Shown here piece by piece: positions 1 through 11,635 of a DNA stretch of 64,000 nt (positions are counted from its first letter, which is position 1; every line of letters begins with the position of its first letter). The stretch covers positions 10,873,832 to 10,937,831 of the forward strand of contig OZ316897.1 in NCBI GenBank assembly GCA_973895155.1, written 5' to 3'. A program made the position numbers and the translations under genes. A model generated the notes under the pieces. It made no database searches. It was given only the letters and a program-made list of their open reading frames with translations, and was not told the DNA's origin. Source of the DNA: Marsupella aquatica (Eukaryota > Plantae > Marchantiophyta).

Positions 1-178
1 CTAGAACTCGCCAAGTCTAGCATCCTAACTCAAGCTCAACAGACGTTGGTAAATAGGTCAGCGATAGGTCCTCCCGATGCCATAAGTCGGAACCAGAACC
101 CACGCCCACTGTCCGTCCAAGACAGCTCCTTCCTTGGGCGCGGCCCGGGTTCCCCCTCGTACCTATCCATCACCAACT

Positions 179-790
179 GACCGCCCTGACCTCAGGACAT
201 GCTCATGGCCCAAATAGCGTAGCTTGTCCTAAAGCTTGTCCCAAGCTTGTCTCAACACGTCGGGACCAGAACGGCCCCAACTCTAACACTGACTCCTGGT
301 TCGCCCCACTGATGGTCTAGGGACCGAGCGCCCTTGGGACTCAGCCTCCACACCTACTTGGCCTTGCCTCCCCAACGCAAGCTCCCTTGGGAGGCTGAAT
401 GCAGCTTGGCTGCTGTTCGACAGGTTGGCAAATGGGCGAGCTAACACCCGCAAACCACGAGAAACCATGGCACCCCCAGACCCAGCTGAGCTCAGGAAGG
501 CGTAGTCCTCCTCAAGAGATTTCCAACGCACGTAAGAAATTCTCCAACGGACTTCCCGTTGGGAAGATATCGTCGTTTCCGTTTGGCGGTTTCCCTTAGT
601 GTCGCGACCGCCGCGGCTCACGATTTTGGCTCGCCCTTAGCCCCCAGGGAGACACCACTCCCCTCATATATGCTTCTGGAGACCTGCCACCCCCGGACCA
701 GCTTTGGTCCCTAAACATTTGGCCCCCAACCCGGATCCCATCGCGCATAATGGGCGCGCCACCAACTGGCAACGCCCATAACTTTCTTGA
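179..790. repeat. Dispersed GC-rich repeat, probably LTR-retrotransposon derived (second copy ~37532-38090)
   Basis: Colinear diverged match, e.g. gacatgctcatggcccaaatagc...cacgtcgggaccagaa...agacccagctgagctca...ttagtgtcgcgaccgccgcggctcacga, recurs at 37550-37960. No coding motif recognised. Confidence 0.7.
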
Positions 791-1260
791 TAGGCAACCA
801 CAAGCGGAGTGCCTTAGCCCGTTGTGACCGGGCCGACCCAGTGCTCATGCCTAGGCCCTCAATTCTGATCGCCGCTTGGGGCCCCCGACCGGCCCAACCC
901 GGCTCGGGCCACAACTTGCACCCCAAGCGTCTGTTGCCAATGGTGTCAACTCCATTGGCCTTGGGCCTAAGAGGAGCTCACTTCCAAGCCCTTAGAACTC
1001 AAAGCCCATCCGACGGTCCGGACGGCCATCCATGAGCCCGACCCATTTCCCCTTGACCCGACCAGCCATAGTCCAAGTCGTTAGTTTGTGTCCCCAACTT
1101 GGCCCCTTGCCTCGCCAGTGCCACGTCTCATTGCCCACAAGTCTCCCCATGCTAAGTCCTCCCCGGATGGTCTATCCGGGCCTGGACCATAAGGGAGCTT
1201 GGCATCGGAGTCAACGACGCCGGAGCTAAGTGTTAAGGTAGTCGAGTTCCGCGACTATCA

Positions 1261-1520
1261 TGTTGTGCACACTCTATAACCAAGCGGTGTTTGCTTGGAG
1301 AGAGGAAACTCAGGCTCATTGTTACGGAGCTAGTTGAGAGATAGAGAGCTTGCGCTGTGGATGCTTGGTATGGCCAGTCGGCCTAGAGTGCAGTAAAACT
1401 TATGTGTGTTCCCGTGGACGTAGTCTCATGTGGAGGTGAACCACGTATCTCTCTATGTCGACTCTTCTGCGTTGGATGGTTAATGGGCTTGCCATTGTGA
1501 TTGTTGTCTATGCTCAATAA
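1261..1520 (+). mobile_element. Solo or partial LTR of the Ty1/Copia family seen at 36749-37092
   Basis: cattgttacggagctagttgagagatag...gtggaggtgaaccacgtatctctct...ctatgctcaa matches the 3' part of the LTR that precedes the PBS at 37095. Starts TGTTG; no PBS follows. Confidence 0.7.
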
Positions 1521-2901
1521 TTTCTTGTATCTTCTAGGATACTCTTGTAAAGGGACAATCGTGGGCTGGCTTGAACTATAAATAAGAGGGAGGCTTGCCC
1601 TTTCAGGGGAGTCCAATTTTTTTAGCACTTCAAGCGTATGAGTGCAAAGATAGAGAGTGCATAGAGTGCATATTGTGTACATTAAATTTGCATTGGAGGA
1701 ATGCTTGAACATTGGTTGCAGGACTAAACGGAATGGCTATGCCGTCAGTTCTATGGTGGAAGGATTCTAAGTTTCGTAATTCTTGGTCATAGTAGACATT
1801 GCCACCACTCGAGTACCTTGAAGATCGAGCTTTGAATCTGGCAAGGTCAACTACACCGCTAATACCATAGATATAATGTCTACAAATCTGTGATCAAGTA
1901 GGGACAGCTCTGCCGCTAAACCTCTCTTAGTTAGAAAGAATATTGAAAGTATGAATGTCAATATTGATCTGAATAAGAGTCCGCGAATTCTAAATTTGCG
2001 TTCTATGATGAACATTAAGTTGATAGTAAAAAGGATAGTAGATATTAGGCATATTTTTACACAAAAATTTGGGGAAGAATAATACACTACAATTATCGTG
2101 TCATCGAATCCATTAATACTCTATATAATTATTTTACATTAATTTGATTAATGTCGGATCCATTAATACTCTATAAACATTAGACACAGTAGATGGTCTG
2201 TTAGATAGTTCTCACTTTAAGTTGGGTTTTTGAAGAAAATAACTATGTACTTATCCATCTTGAGTTTCCAGTGTTTTACTTATCCATCTTGCATTTCCTA
2301 GTGTTTCCCATTTCCATCTAGTTTGGTATGTACTGATTCTTTGATGTATATACATTTCACACCTGTTTTACATATATACTGGTGTGCTATTAGTATATTA
2401 GATTTGGTATATTTGATTTGGTACTTGTCCCAGTTTATTTGTGAAATGTCTACTGAATGTTTAGGCTTAATTATTACACACTCTTATATTAGAATTCTAC
2501 TCTTTTCGTAAAACAGGGCTGAAAATGGCCCCTATGGATCCAAAACCAAAAAATGGTAAAATAATAAATTTCCAAAAGAATACTGGTAAAGTTCGAGTCA
2601 TAAGCTGGGATAGGATCCCCCATTCAAAACCTCTAAACTCAGATGTTATTTACACCCAATATACTCGTTTGGCTAAAAGGCAAAGCAGTTTAATTGGCGA
2701 TCCATATTATCCTGGACATATGTGCTTTCGAAGAGTTCATCAGAGCTTAAGAATCCTTTGCAGTAAAACGTTTCGGCTGAGTATCCTATTCGAGCTTGAG
2801 TATCCTATTCGAGCTTGTGGCTCCGCAAGGTAGACTGGAAAACACATATACTTCACTGTGGAGAAAGATTGAATAGTCGCAACGAGGTTTATTAGTCTTA
2901 C

Positions 2902-3338
2902 CTGTCAGTAACGTTTGTGCTTCGAGTCAGGGCGGCGGCGGTGGAGGTTGATTGGCCTTGGAGAGCGCGTGCGTTCTTTGAGCCACGGGCGACGGCTTTC
3001 TGATGTCTGTTGTACATGACGAGGGCCTCATCGGTCGGAGCAGCATCATCCATCGGAGCAGCGTGCGTTGCACAATGCGGACCCTGAATCATAGAAAAAA
3101 CTCGTACTGATCCGTGCTTCTGAATACAGGACACCGGCTCATCATCCGTCGGAGCAGCGTGCATTGCACAATGCGGACCCCGAATCATAGAAAAAACTCG
3201 TACTGATCCGTGCTTCTGAATACAAGACACCGGCTCAGCTACACCAGCAATGGGGCTGGAGCTCACGAAATGGAGCAGAATTTGCACCGTAGTCAGGACT
3301 CGCAGAATGCATGTACACAATGATCCTCTTGACGCCAT
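2902..3338 (-). pseudogene. Orphan exon 1 of an LRR-RLP paralog (signal peptide plus N-terminal extension ending NVTD-R); exon 2 not found in window
   Basis: MASRGSLCTCILRVL... is paralogous to 11304-11635 and has the same phase-2 donor AG|GTAAG at 2901. Intron homology stops at ~2175, before the expected acceptor. Confidence 0.7.
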
Positions 3339-4338
3339 CTCGATCTATTAGAAGAGCTGGTGAGCCTGGAGAATTCAAGGTCTAGTGTCAGACTCCTTTT
3401 AATTGTTTGGAGTGAAGCGGACTAGGGGTTCAAACTCCGAAAATTTGTCTATCCAGGGAGTACAGAGCCGTAAGTTGGAGGAGCGAAGGCCAAAGTTGCT
3501 TCTGGAGGCACATACTTTTGAAGTCTGCAAGAGACACAAAGTCATGGCAATCATAAAATATATGCTTCGATCAAGAGATTGAAGAGCAGCTACGTACAGC
3601 TGAGATCAGGACTTTTAGCAAGGCAGTCATGGACAATGTTGTCGTATTTAAAGTTCTATATCCGCATCTGAAGCATACCCTACGTGATCTGCTGTAGGAT
3701 GACTTACAGGTCCACCCTTTTGGAGGTGGGAAACATACTAGCAAGATTAACCAATCGATCGCAGCAAGAAGAGAAACAAAGACAGTACGAAAGTGATGAC
3801 ACTGCAAGTAGTCTTTGGTCGGGGCACTGAAATAAGTTTAATTAGATAAGAAGCCTCGTTGAACGAGGCAGAGGAATTATATAAGTTTAAATAAGAAGCC
3901 TCGTTGAACGAGGCAGAGGAATTATACAGGAGAAGATCAGGTAGCAAGGGCTGCAGGTGAGAGTTTAAGGGCTCAATACTGATAGCGCAACTTACATCCC
4001 TGCTTACATCTAGAGAGTAGATTAAGAGCTGTCGGGAAATGGAACGCAATGCTTACCTCTAGCGTTGATAACACTGGCTCAAAATCTGATTAAAGCATCT
4101 ACGCATCGATTAGCGTTACAGGCCCGCCTCCGATTGCAAACTTTCAGCCACTCAAAAAGCCAATCACCTCAGTCACGCTTGAACGTGACGATCTCTCAAA
4201 TGTGCAACTAGAGCACGAGCTTGAACTGAATTACTTTATGGGGTTAAACAATTATCGGAATACCTATCAGCCCACTCAGGTGCCGATTGTGCCTGCAATG
4301 CGTTCTGCATAGGGCAGGAATGCTCAAAATCGCAGGTC

Positions 4339-4683
4339 CAGTACAAGCGGTTTGAAGCTGTACGCCGCTTTAATCTCAGGGGTAACGCGCGGATCTCAGG
4401 AACCCGTGATTAAAATGTATCTGTTGAATCAGGACTCGACAAAAGGTTCAGTACAAGCGGTTTGAAGCTGTACGCCGCTTTAATCTCAGGGGTAGCGCGG
4501 ATCTCAGGAACCCGTGATTAAAATGTATCTGTTGAATCAGGACCTTCGTTTGCTTCACTGCAATCGATTTCTATAAGACTACGATATCTGCGACTCGATC
4601 CCGGAGTCAGGAACATACGAATTGAAGGAGACTACGATATCTGCGTCTCGATCCCGGAGTCAGGAATCTACGAATTGAAGGAA
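4339..4683. repeat. Two local tandem duplications (~110 bp x2 at 4339/4449; ~53 bp x2 at 4577/4629)
   Basis: cagtacaagcggtttgaagctgtacgccgctttaatctcagggg repeated; gactacgatatctgcg..tcgatcccggagtcaggaa repeated. Confidence 0.85.
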
Positions 4684-5204
4684 CTCGACATTGAGACTCT
4701 TCCGGTTTGGATTCCCTTCATAGGATTTATTGGATAATTACATAGGGCAATTGAAGGAATCACTCTTTGCTGGATATTTTGTTGGATATTTGCTGACTTT
4801 ACAATTCAAGTTCGCTGTGAGACGCTAGCTGCGCTGCCGTCAGCATTTTCGGACGAGGAAATCTGACATGGATCTGGTTTCACATGCGATCCGCGTTGGA
4901 CTTCCCCGTTTTGACTCGAAGTTTGAGGTCACAGGACTCTTTACAACACTGTTTCACTTTACACGGACAGACGAAAGACACTTCCGCCGAGTTCGTTAAA
5001 GCCACCCTAAGAGTTCAAATCACTCACTTCTCTTGCGATATATAAACCATTCTAGTTTACTTAATAAAATCCTCTGGAGAATCTTCAAAAGCAAGCCGGT
5101 GCTTCTCGCTCTCCCGAGTCAACGAGCAGTCGCCATTAATGACGTCCCTCGTAAGTTCTGAAGTCGACGAGGAAATGGTAGACTGTAACAGCCACTATTG
5201 TCAA

Positions 5205-5390
5205 CAACCATTGAAAGAAAAAAAAAGCAAAGTTAGGGCCAATTAATGAAATGATAAAGCAAAGTTATGGCTATCAAAAGTAATAAAGCAAAGTAACGTC
5301 AACTGCCATTGAAAGTAATAAAACAAGTAAATAAAACAAAGTTAGAACTGTGTATGACCACTGAAATTAATAATTGAAGCAAAGTCCGGT
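5205..5390. repeat. Degenerate ~30-bp minisatellite (gaaagtaataaagcaaagttatggccatt-like); related array at ~30860-31180
   Basis: Recurrent taataaagcaaagt / ccattgaaa units in both places. Confidence 0.6.
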
Positions 5391-7414
5391 TGCTTTGCAA
5401 TGTGCATTGTCATGACCCACATGGCACACCATACTATGGAGCATCTCCAACTCTCCTGGGTTTTGCTTGCTAGGTACAATAAAAATTCAGTCTAACTACC
5501 GCCTTGTTAGTTTAGCATAAGTAGCTATCGTGCAACTGAAAAGCTGCCCCAACGCTATTTATAGAACCATTTTACTAACAGCAAGGATTGGGTTTGAAAC
5601 TGCCAGTACAAAGTCAACTACCATAATCTCTGTACTCTAACTCTTCCACGGATAGATCCAGTGAACCCGCCAGTGAACAGAAAACCCTCTTCCTGAAAAC
5701 GTGATATTATTCCAATGAGTGAAAACGTGATAGCATTCCAGTGAGTGGGTTGGACACAAACTTTAGCATTTCCTTTACTAATATGTGCCCAGCTAGTTTT
5801 AGTTCATGAGGTAAAACATGCCCTAGACAGCTTGTTTAAGACATTCTTATTATTGATTAACGCCCATTATACAAGTTTCTCTCCATGTATGGTGCTCTGA
5901 CAACAAGAACCTGAAAATTAGCACTTCCATGAGGCAATTGTCACCAAATAAGAGGACAGCAACGAGAGACACTACCCAATGAAGAGGGCATTACATTGTT
6001 TTGAGCCTGGCTAGTAACTTGTCTTGTAGATTGGGATTGTCTTTTCTGCAAAAACAGATTAATTAAAGTGCATTCTTTGTGTAATGTAAGGCCCTCTCAT
6101 GAATAAAACCATAAGGGCAGCAGCTCGAGGTGCTCTTTTTGGGACATTGCCAGATGGAGAGGCAGGCTAAGAGTGACTTAATTTACAGGGAACATAATAT
6201 TTCTCAACAACTTTCTTGCATCCACAACATTTACTTGCCTACTTTGCAGTTCTTTAGCCCACCCTGGCATTTTTTATACCATGCACAGGCATTTGGCTGA
6301 ATACTTTCCATAAATGGCCTGTCATGGACTTCCTTCACTCTACTGTCAGTTTAATGTTTGCATTGGTGCCTCAGTCTTTGAGTGACAACAGCTAGCCTTC
6401 ATCACCATTTTCACCACCATGGACAAGATATTCATGTGATCAGATTTCACCTTTAGAGTTATGGGCCTGGCTAGTCAACAACACTCCATATTGATCTGTC
6501 CCTTGCTCGCCACAGCGAACTAAGGGCCTAATTGTTTGGTTTTCAAAATACTTACAGGGATTTCCCTAGCTAGCTATACATTCCAACTTCATGCGGATGT
6601 AGCTTTCTCAGGCCTAGAACACATTGAGAGTCAGAGAAGTCATTCATCAGGAATGCAAATTAAGCCTTCCTGGGAGATAAACTCAAATTCCTTGGTTAGC
6701 AATTGTGTCTGCAACCTTTGCCTGGGTGCTCCCTCTCATCCAATTGTGCAACATTTATTGCCTCTGATCTTAATTACAGGATGAATTTTGGTTGAAATTC
6801 TAACTCAGATGGCCTGGCAGTGAAACTGTAGGGACGAGCCAGGAGAGATCATTCTCATCCTTGGGAGGGACATGATGATTCATAAATTGTTTAGTTTCTT
6901 CAGTTGTTATATTGCCTTTGTACCGGTGGTCACCCTTAGTTGGCTCCTTCATCAGGTGAGAAGTTTGTAATGCGCAGCATTTGCTCATAGGCTGTTTAGG
7001 ATCAACCACAAACTCACTCCAAACCATCATTCTCATGAACTCAGAATGCTATTTCCATCAATGTGAACAAGAATGTAAACCTCAGTTGTCTCACTGGCTC
7101 AAAAATGGCAGGGCATCTTGTGTGACAAAACATAAGGTCATTTTAATGGTTCATATACTTAGACCCCTAAGATCTCAACTCAGAAATTTGAGTCATCGCA
7201 AATCAACATCGGGTCACTGATCGATTGCGTTCATTATGCATGCAGGAATTATAATTTACCTCCATCAATACTCTCATAAGCATATATTATCCTGACCAGA
7301 GTGTCCTAGGTACAACTATTCATTTAATCAAACCACTTCTGTTCATTAAATGTCCTGCTCTATGGTGTGGTAGAAATTAGTGTACTCTAAAATTGGTTCT
7401 TGGTTATCCTAAAG

Positions 7415-10400
7415 TCATTCTTGAAAAAACCCATAGCCTGTGCGATTGTAGTATCCTTCGCGAGCAGGCACATCAGCAGCAACAGGAGTAGGTGATTTCA
7501 TTAGCCAGAAGGACTTTCTGAGAAGTAGAAGAATGTACAAAGCCCGAGATGAAGCCCAACGTTGTTCCAATCTCAAGGGCCAGAACAGAGACCCAATCTT
7601 CAAAATTTGACCAAGGTGAGCCGTGCCTTGCCGTGCTAGTGAACATTGGGGAAGTGACACAATGAGAACTTATCGGGAATCCGCTGAGATGTGGGTTTCC
7701 AGGTCTATAGTCTGAAACATTAAATGTTGCAAATTGTTCCCCTGTTGGAATGCATCCACTGAAATTGTTTCCTGCCATTCTAAGGACTTCTAACGAAGTC
7801 AGGTTCAAAAGAGAGGATGGGATAGTGCCAGAGAGGTTGTTGAATGAGACATCCAAGGATTCCAATGTTGCTAGCAAACCAAGAGTTTCCGGTAAGGAAG
7901 TCGTGAACAAATTATGTGATACATTGAGAGTTTTCAAAAGCGTTAGAACTCCCAAGCTTGAAGGGATCTCACCCGTCAACTGATTCATCGAGACATCAAT
8001 CAAAGCCAAAGTTGGAAGGATGTATGCATACGTGGTACGGACTCCTTTGTTTGTCACATCCACTTGCAGAGCCTGAGAAACCTCACTTTCCGTGAAGGAA
8101 TAAGACAATGCGTCGTCACTTTCCGAGATGGAGGTAGCTACTTCGTTGAAAGAAAATGTCAGAACTGAAACAATTGAAGTCCTGTCATTAGCACCCTTCT
8201 TCATTCCACCAAGGACAATCATGTTTTTTGGTATACTGCCGCTGAATGAATTGTGTGACAGGTCCAAAAACTGCAGTTGAGGAAGTCCCCACACCCATTC
8301 TGGTATCTCTCCTTCCAAAGTGTTGAAACTCAATGTGAGGACTCGCATAGAGGCCAACTGTTTCGAGAATGCTGGAATTGCCCCACGCAAGATATTGTGG
8401 CTTAGATCCAGAACCTGCAACTTGTTGCAATTTTCCAACGACTCAGGAAACTCACCACTCAGATTGTTGTGCGATAAATCCAACGTCAAAAGCGATTGCA
8501 AATTGCTGAAGTCGAGGGAGATGTTAAAACTCAATGAGTTGTTGTTGAGAAGCAGGACTTGAATGTCTGTGCAATTGCTCAGCAATGGCGGAATTGAACC
8601 ACTGAAGTTGTTGGAGGACAAATCAAGAATCTTCAAAGTGGAGTTCAACCCCAACCAACTTGGTATGCTACCTGAAAGCAAGTTAGTGGAAAGATTCAGA
8701 TGAATTATATCACGGAAGCTCTTCAAACTTTCAGGGATTTCTCCTGATAGGGAGTTCTCTTCCAAACTCAGAGTGCTCAAGTTCAACTTGCCAAGCTCTG
8801 CTGGAATGCTGCCATTCAAGTGGTTTTGGCCAAGGAGAAAGTATTGCATGCTTGTGAGATTGCCAAAACTCCTGGGAATTGGTCCAATGAAGCTGTTTCC
8901 TCTTAGATCCATAAGTACGAGACTGGGGAGAGCCCCCAACTGAATGGGAATATGGCCACTTAGGTGATTGCTAGAGCAAGAGAATTCCACCAGGCTTGTG
9001 AGGTTCCAAAAAGTGCTGGAATGGATCCAGTCAAGTTGTTTTGATAGAGCCCAAGAGTGTGCAAGTAAGTTAGAGCCCCCAACTCCTTTGGAATACCACC
9101 AACTAGTTGATTAGAGCCCAATTCAAAGTCTACTAAATTTGTGAGGTTCCCAAAATTGTTGGGAATGGCTCCAGTAAAATTGTTGCCATAGAGTCCTAGA
9201 GTCTCCAAACCCATTAGAGCCCCCAACTCCTTTGGAATACCACCAACAAATTGATTAGAGCCCAACTCACAGTAAAATAAATTTGTGAGGTTCCCCATAG
9301 TGCTGGGAATGGATCCAGTCAACTTGTTGTCATCAAGTCCTAGACTCTGCAAGTGCATGAGGTTCCCTAGAGTTCCCGGAATGGATCCACTGAAGCTGTT
9401 AGAATTAAGTCCAAGACCCCACAAGTTAGTGAGAGCCCCCAACTCCTTTGGAATATCACCCCCTAGTTTATAATTGGAGCCCAACTCAAGGAAAAATAGA
9501 GTTGTGAGGTTCCCCAACTCCTTTGGAATACCACCAACTAGTTCATTAAAGTCCAAACTAATGAATCCTATATTTGTGAGGTTCCCCAAAGTGCTAGGAA
9601 TGGATCCAGTCAAGCCGGCATACTGGATGTCTAGATCCCACAGGTTAGTGAGAGCCCCCAACTCCTTCGGAATATCACCAACTAGTTGAATATTATAGCT
9701 CAACACAAGGTGTTGTAAATTTGTAAGGCTCCCCAAAGTGCTGGGAATGGATCCAGTCAAGTTGTTCTGGGATATATCTAGAGATTGCAACTTGTTGAGA
9801 GCCCCCAACTCCTTTGGAATAGGACCTAATATGTAATTTCTGTGCAAGTCAAGCTCCAATAAATTTGTGAGGTTTCCCAAAAAGCTGGGAATGGCACCAA
9901 TCAAGTTGTTTGCCGACAAGTAGAGATACTGTATCTTGACAAGAGCCCTCGACTCTGGAACAGCACCACCTAGTTGATTATAGCTCAAGTCAAGGTCTAC
10001 TAACTTTGTGAGGTTCCCCAAACTGTTGGGAACAAGTCCACTGATATTGTTGAAGGATAGCCATAGAATTTCTAACTTGACAAGAGCTCCCAACTCCATC
10101 ATGGGAATGTCACCATAAAGTTGATTTTCTGACAAGTCAATGTTTCGCAGATTAGTGAGATTCCCTAAACTTCTTGGAATGGGTCCAGACAAGTAGTTCA
10201 CAGATAGATCTAGAAGCTCCAAGTTGATGACAGCCCCCAAACTAATGGGAATCCAACCCGAGAGGCTGTTCGCGCTGAAATCTATCATCCGCAGCCGTCT
10301 GCAACGACCCAAGCTTGCAGGAATCTCTCCAGTGAAATTATAACAACCGGAGAGACTCAAACTCGTGAGAAAGGACAGGTTCCCCAAGGCTGGGTTGATC

Positions 10401-11635
10401 AGACCACCAAGCTCCTTCTGAGATAGATCTAGACTCACCACTCGTTGCACCCTGTTGCAAGTGACTCCTTCCCAGCCTGAGCAAACATTGGGGTGAGTAT
10501 TGATATTCCAGGTCACAAGGGTATGCTTGAATTGTCCATCAATGGATGCTTTGAAAGCAAGTAGTGCTTCCCTGTTCCAAACAGGACACCCATACATTTA
10601 GTCAGTCAGAGTAGATGGTCTCTTACTTAGTTCTCGCGTGCAGGGTTTGGAAGAACATACGGATGTATCCATCCTGCGGATATAGTGTTTCCTCCCATTT
10701 CCATCTAGTTTGGCATGTACTGATTCTTTTCTGTACATACATTACACCTATTTGACGTATCTAATCATGTGCTTTAAGTATATTTGTCTGATTTGGTATA
10801 TAAGATTATTTTGGTACTTTGCTACAATTTATTTAAGAAATGTCTACCGAGTGTTTGAGTTTAATTATTAGACACTGCTATATTAGAATTCCACACTTTT
10901 CGTAACGTTCAAATGGCCCATATGGATCGAAAACCAAAAACTGGTGCAATAATTACTTTACAAAAGAATGCTGGTAAAGTAAAAGTCATCAGCTCTGATA
11001 CGATCTCCATTCAAAACCTTGGAAGTCAGATGGTATCCCACCCAAAATACTCTTTGGATGAAGTCAAGCGGTCCATATTATCTTAGTCAACATACATGTT
11101 CTCAAAGATTTCATCAGCGCTTAACAATCCTTTGCCAGCAAGACGTTTGGACTGAGTATCCTATCCGAGCTTATAGCTCTGCAACGTAGATTGGAAAAAA
11201 CATGAGCTCCAACTTGAGGATTACTTCCCCGTGCAGAAATCGAAGGGAGCAAATACACAGGTAGCGGGAAAGGTTGAATAGTCGCAATGAGGTTGAGTCT
11301 TACCTATCAGTAACGTTTGTGCTTGGAGTCAGGGCGGCGATGGAGATTGATCGGCCTTGGACCTCACGTACGTTCTTTGAGCCACGGAAGATGGCTTTCT
11401 GACCCCGTTTCTGACGTCCTTTGTGCATGACGAGGGCATCACCGGTCGGAGCAGCACGCGCTGTACAGTGTGGACCCTCAATCATAGGAGAAGCTCGAAC
11501 TGATCCGTGCTTCCGAACACAAGACACCGGCTTACCGATCTCAGCAATGGAGCTGGAGCTCAGGAAATGGAGAAGGATGTGCAGCGTAGTCAGGACTCGC
11601 AGAAAGCATATACACAATGATCCTCTTGACGCCAT
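7415..11635 (-). pseudogene. LRR receptor-like protein (signal peptide, LRR-NT, ~30+ extracellular LRRs, island domain, TM, short tail); exons 11635-11304 and 10571-7415; two 1-bp frameshifts (~9005-9020 and ~7543)
   Basis: GT-AG splicing joins NVTD-R to EALLAFK...CSGWEGVTC. Plant LRR consensus LxxLxLxxNxLxGxIPxxLG throughout. Island domain precedes KG..TTYAYILPTLALIDVS, then GNPHLSG and a TM; no kinase domain. Frameshifts may be real or assembly errors. Confidence 0.88.

Larger units (their letters stand above)
2175..5175 (-). repeat. Copy A of a segmental duplication (intron 1, exon 1 and upstream region of the LRR-RLP); paralogous to ~10595-13650
   Basis: Colinear similarity throughout, e.g. 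ccatttccatctagtttgg (2308/10696), caatgatcctcttgacgccatc (3318/11615), cagcattttcggacgag (4841/13289). Confidence 0.85.

Noticed and set aside
1851-2087. Hydrophobic 78-aa ORF resembling an organellar membrane-protein insertion
   Set aside because: No recognisable organellar gene; AT-rich DNA readily yields such ORFs.
7750-9689. Plus-strand ORFs of 60-80 aa over the LRR gene
   Set aside because: Antisense shadows of the periodic LRR codons.
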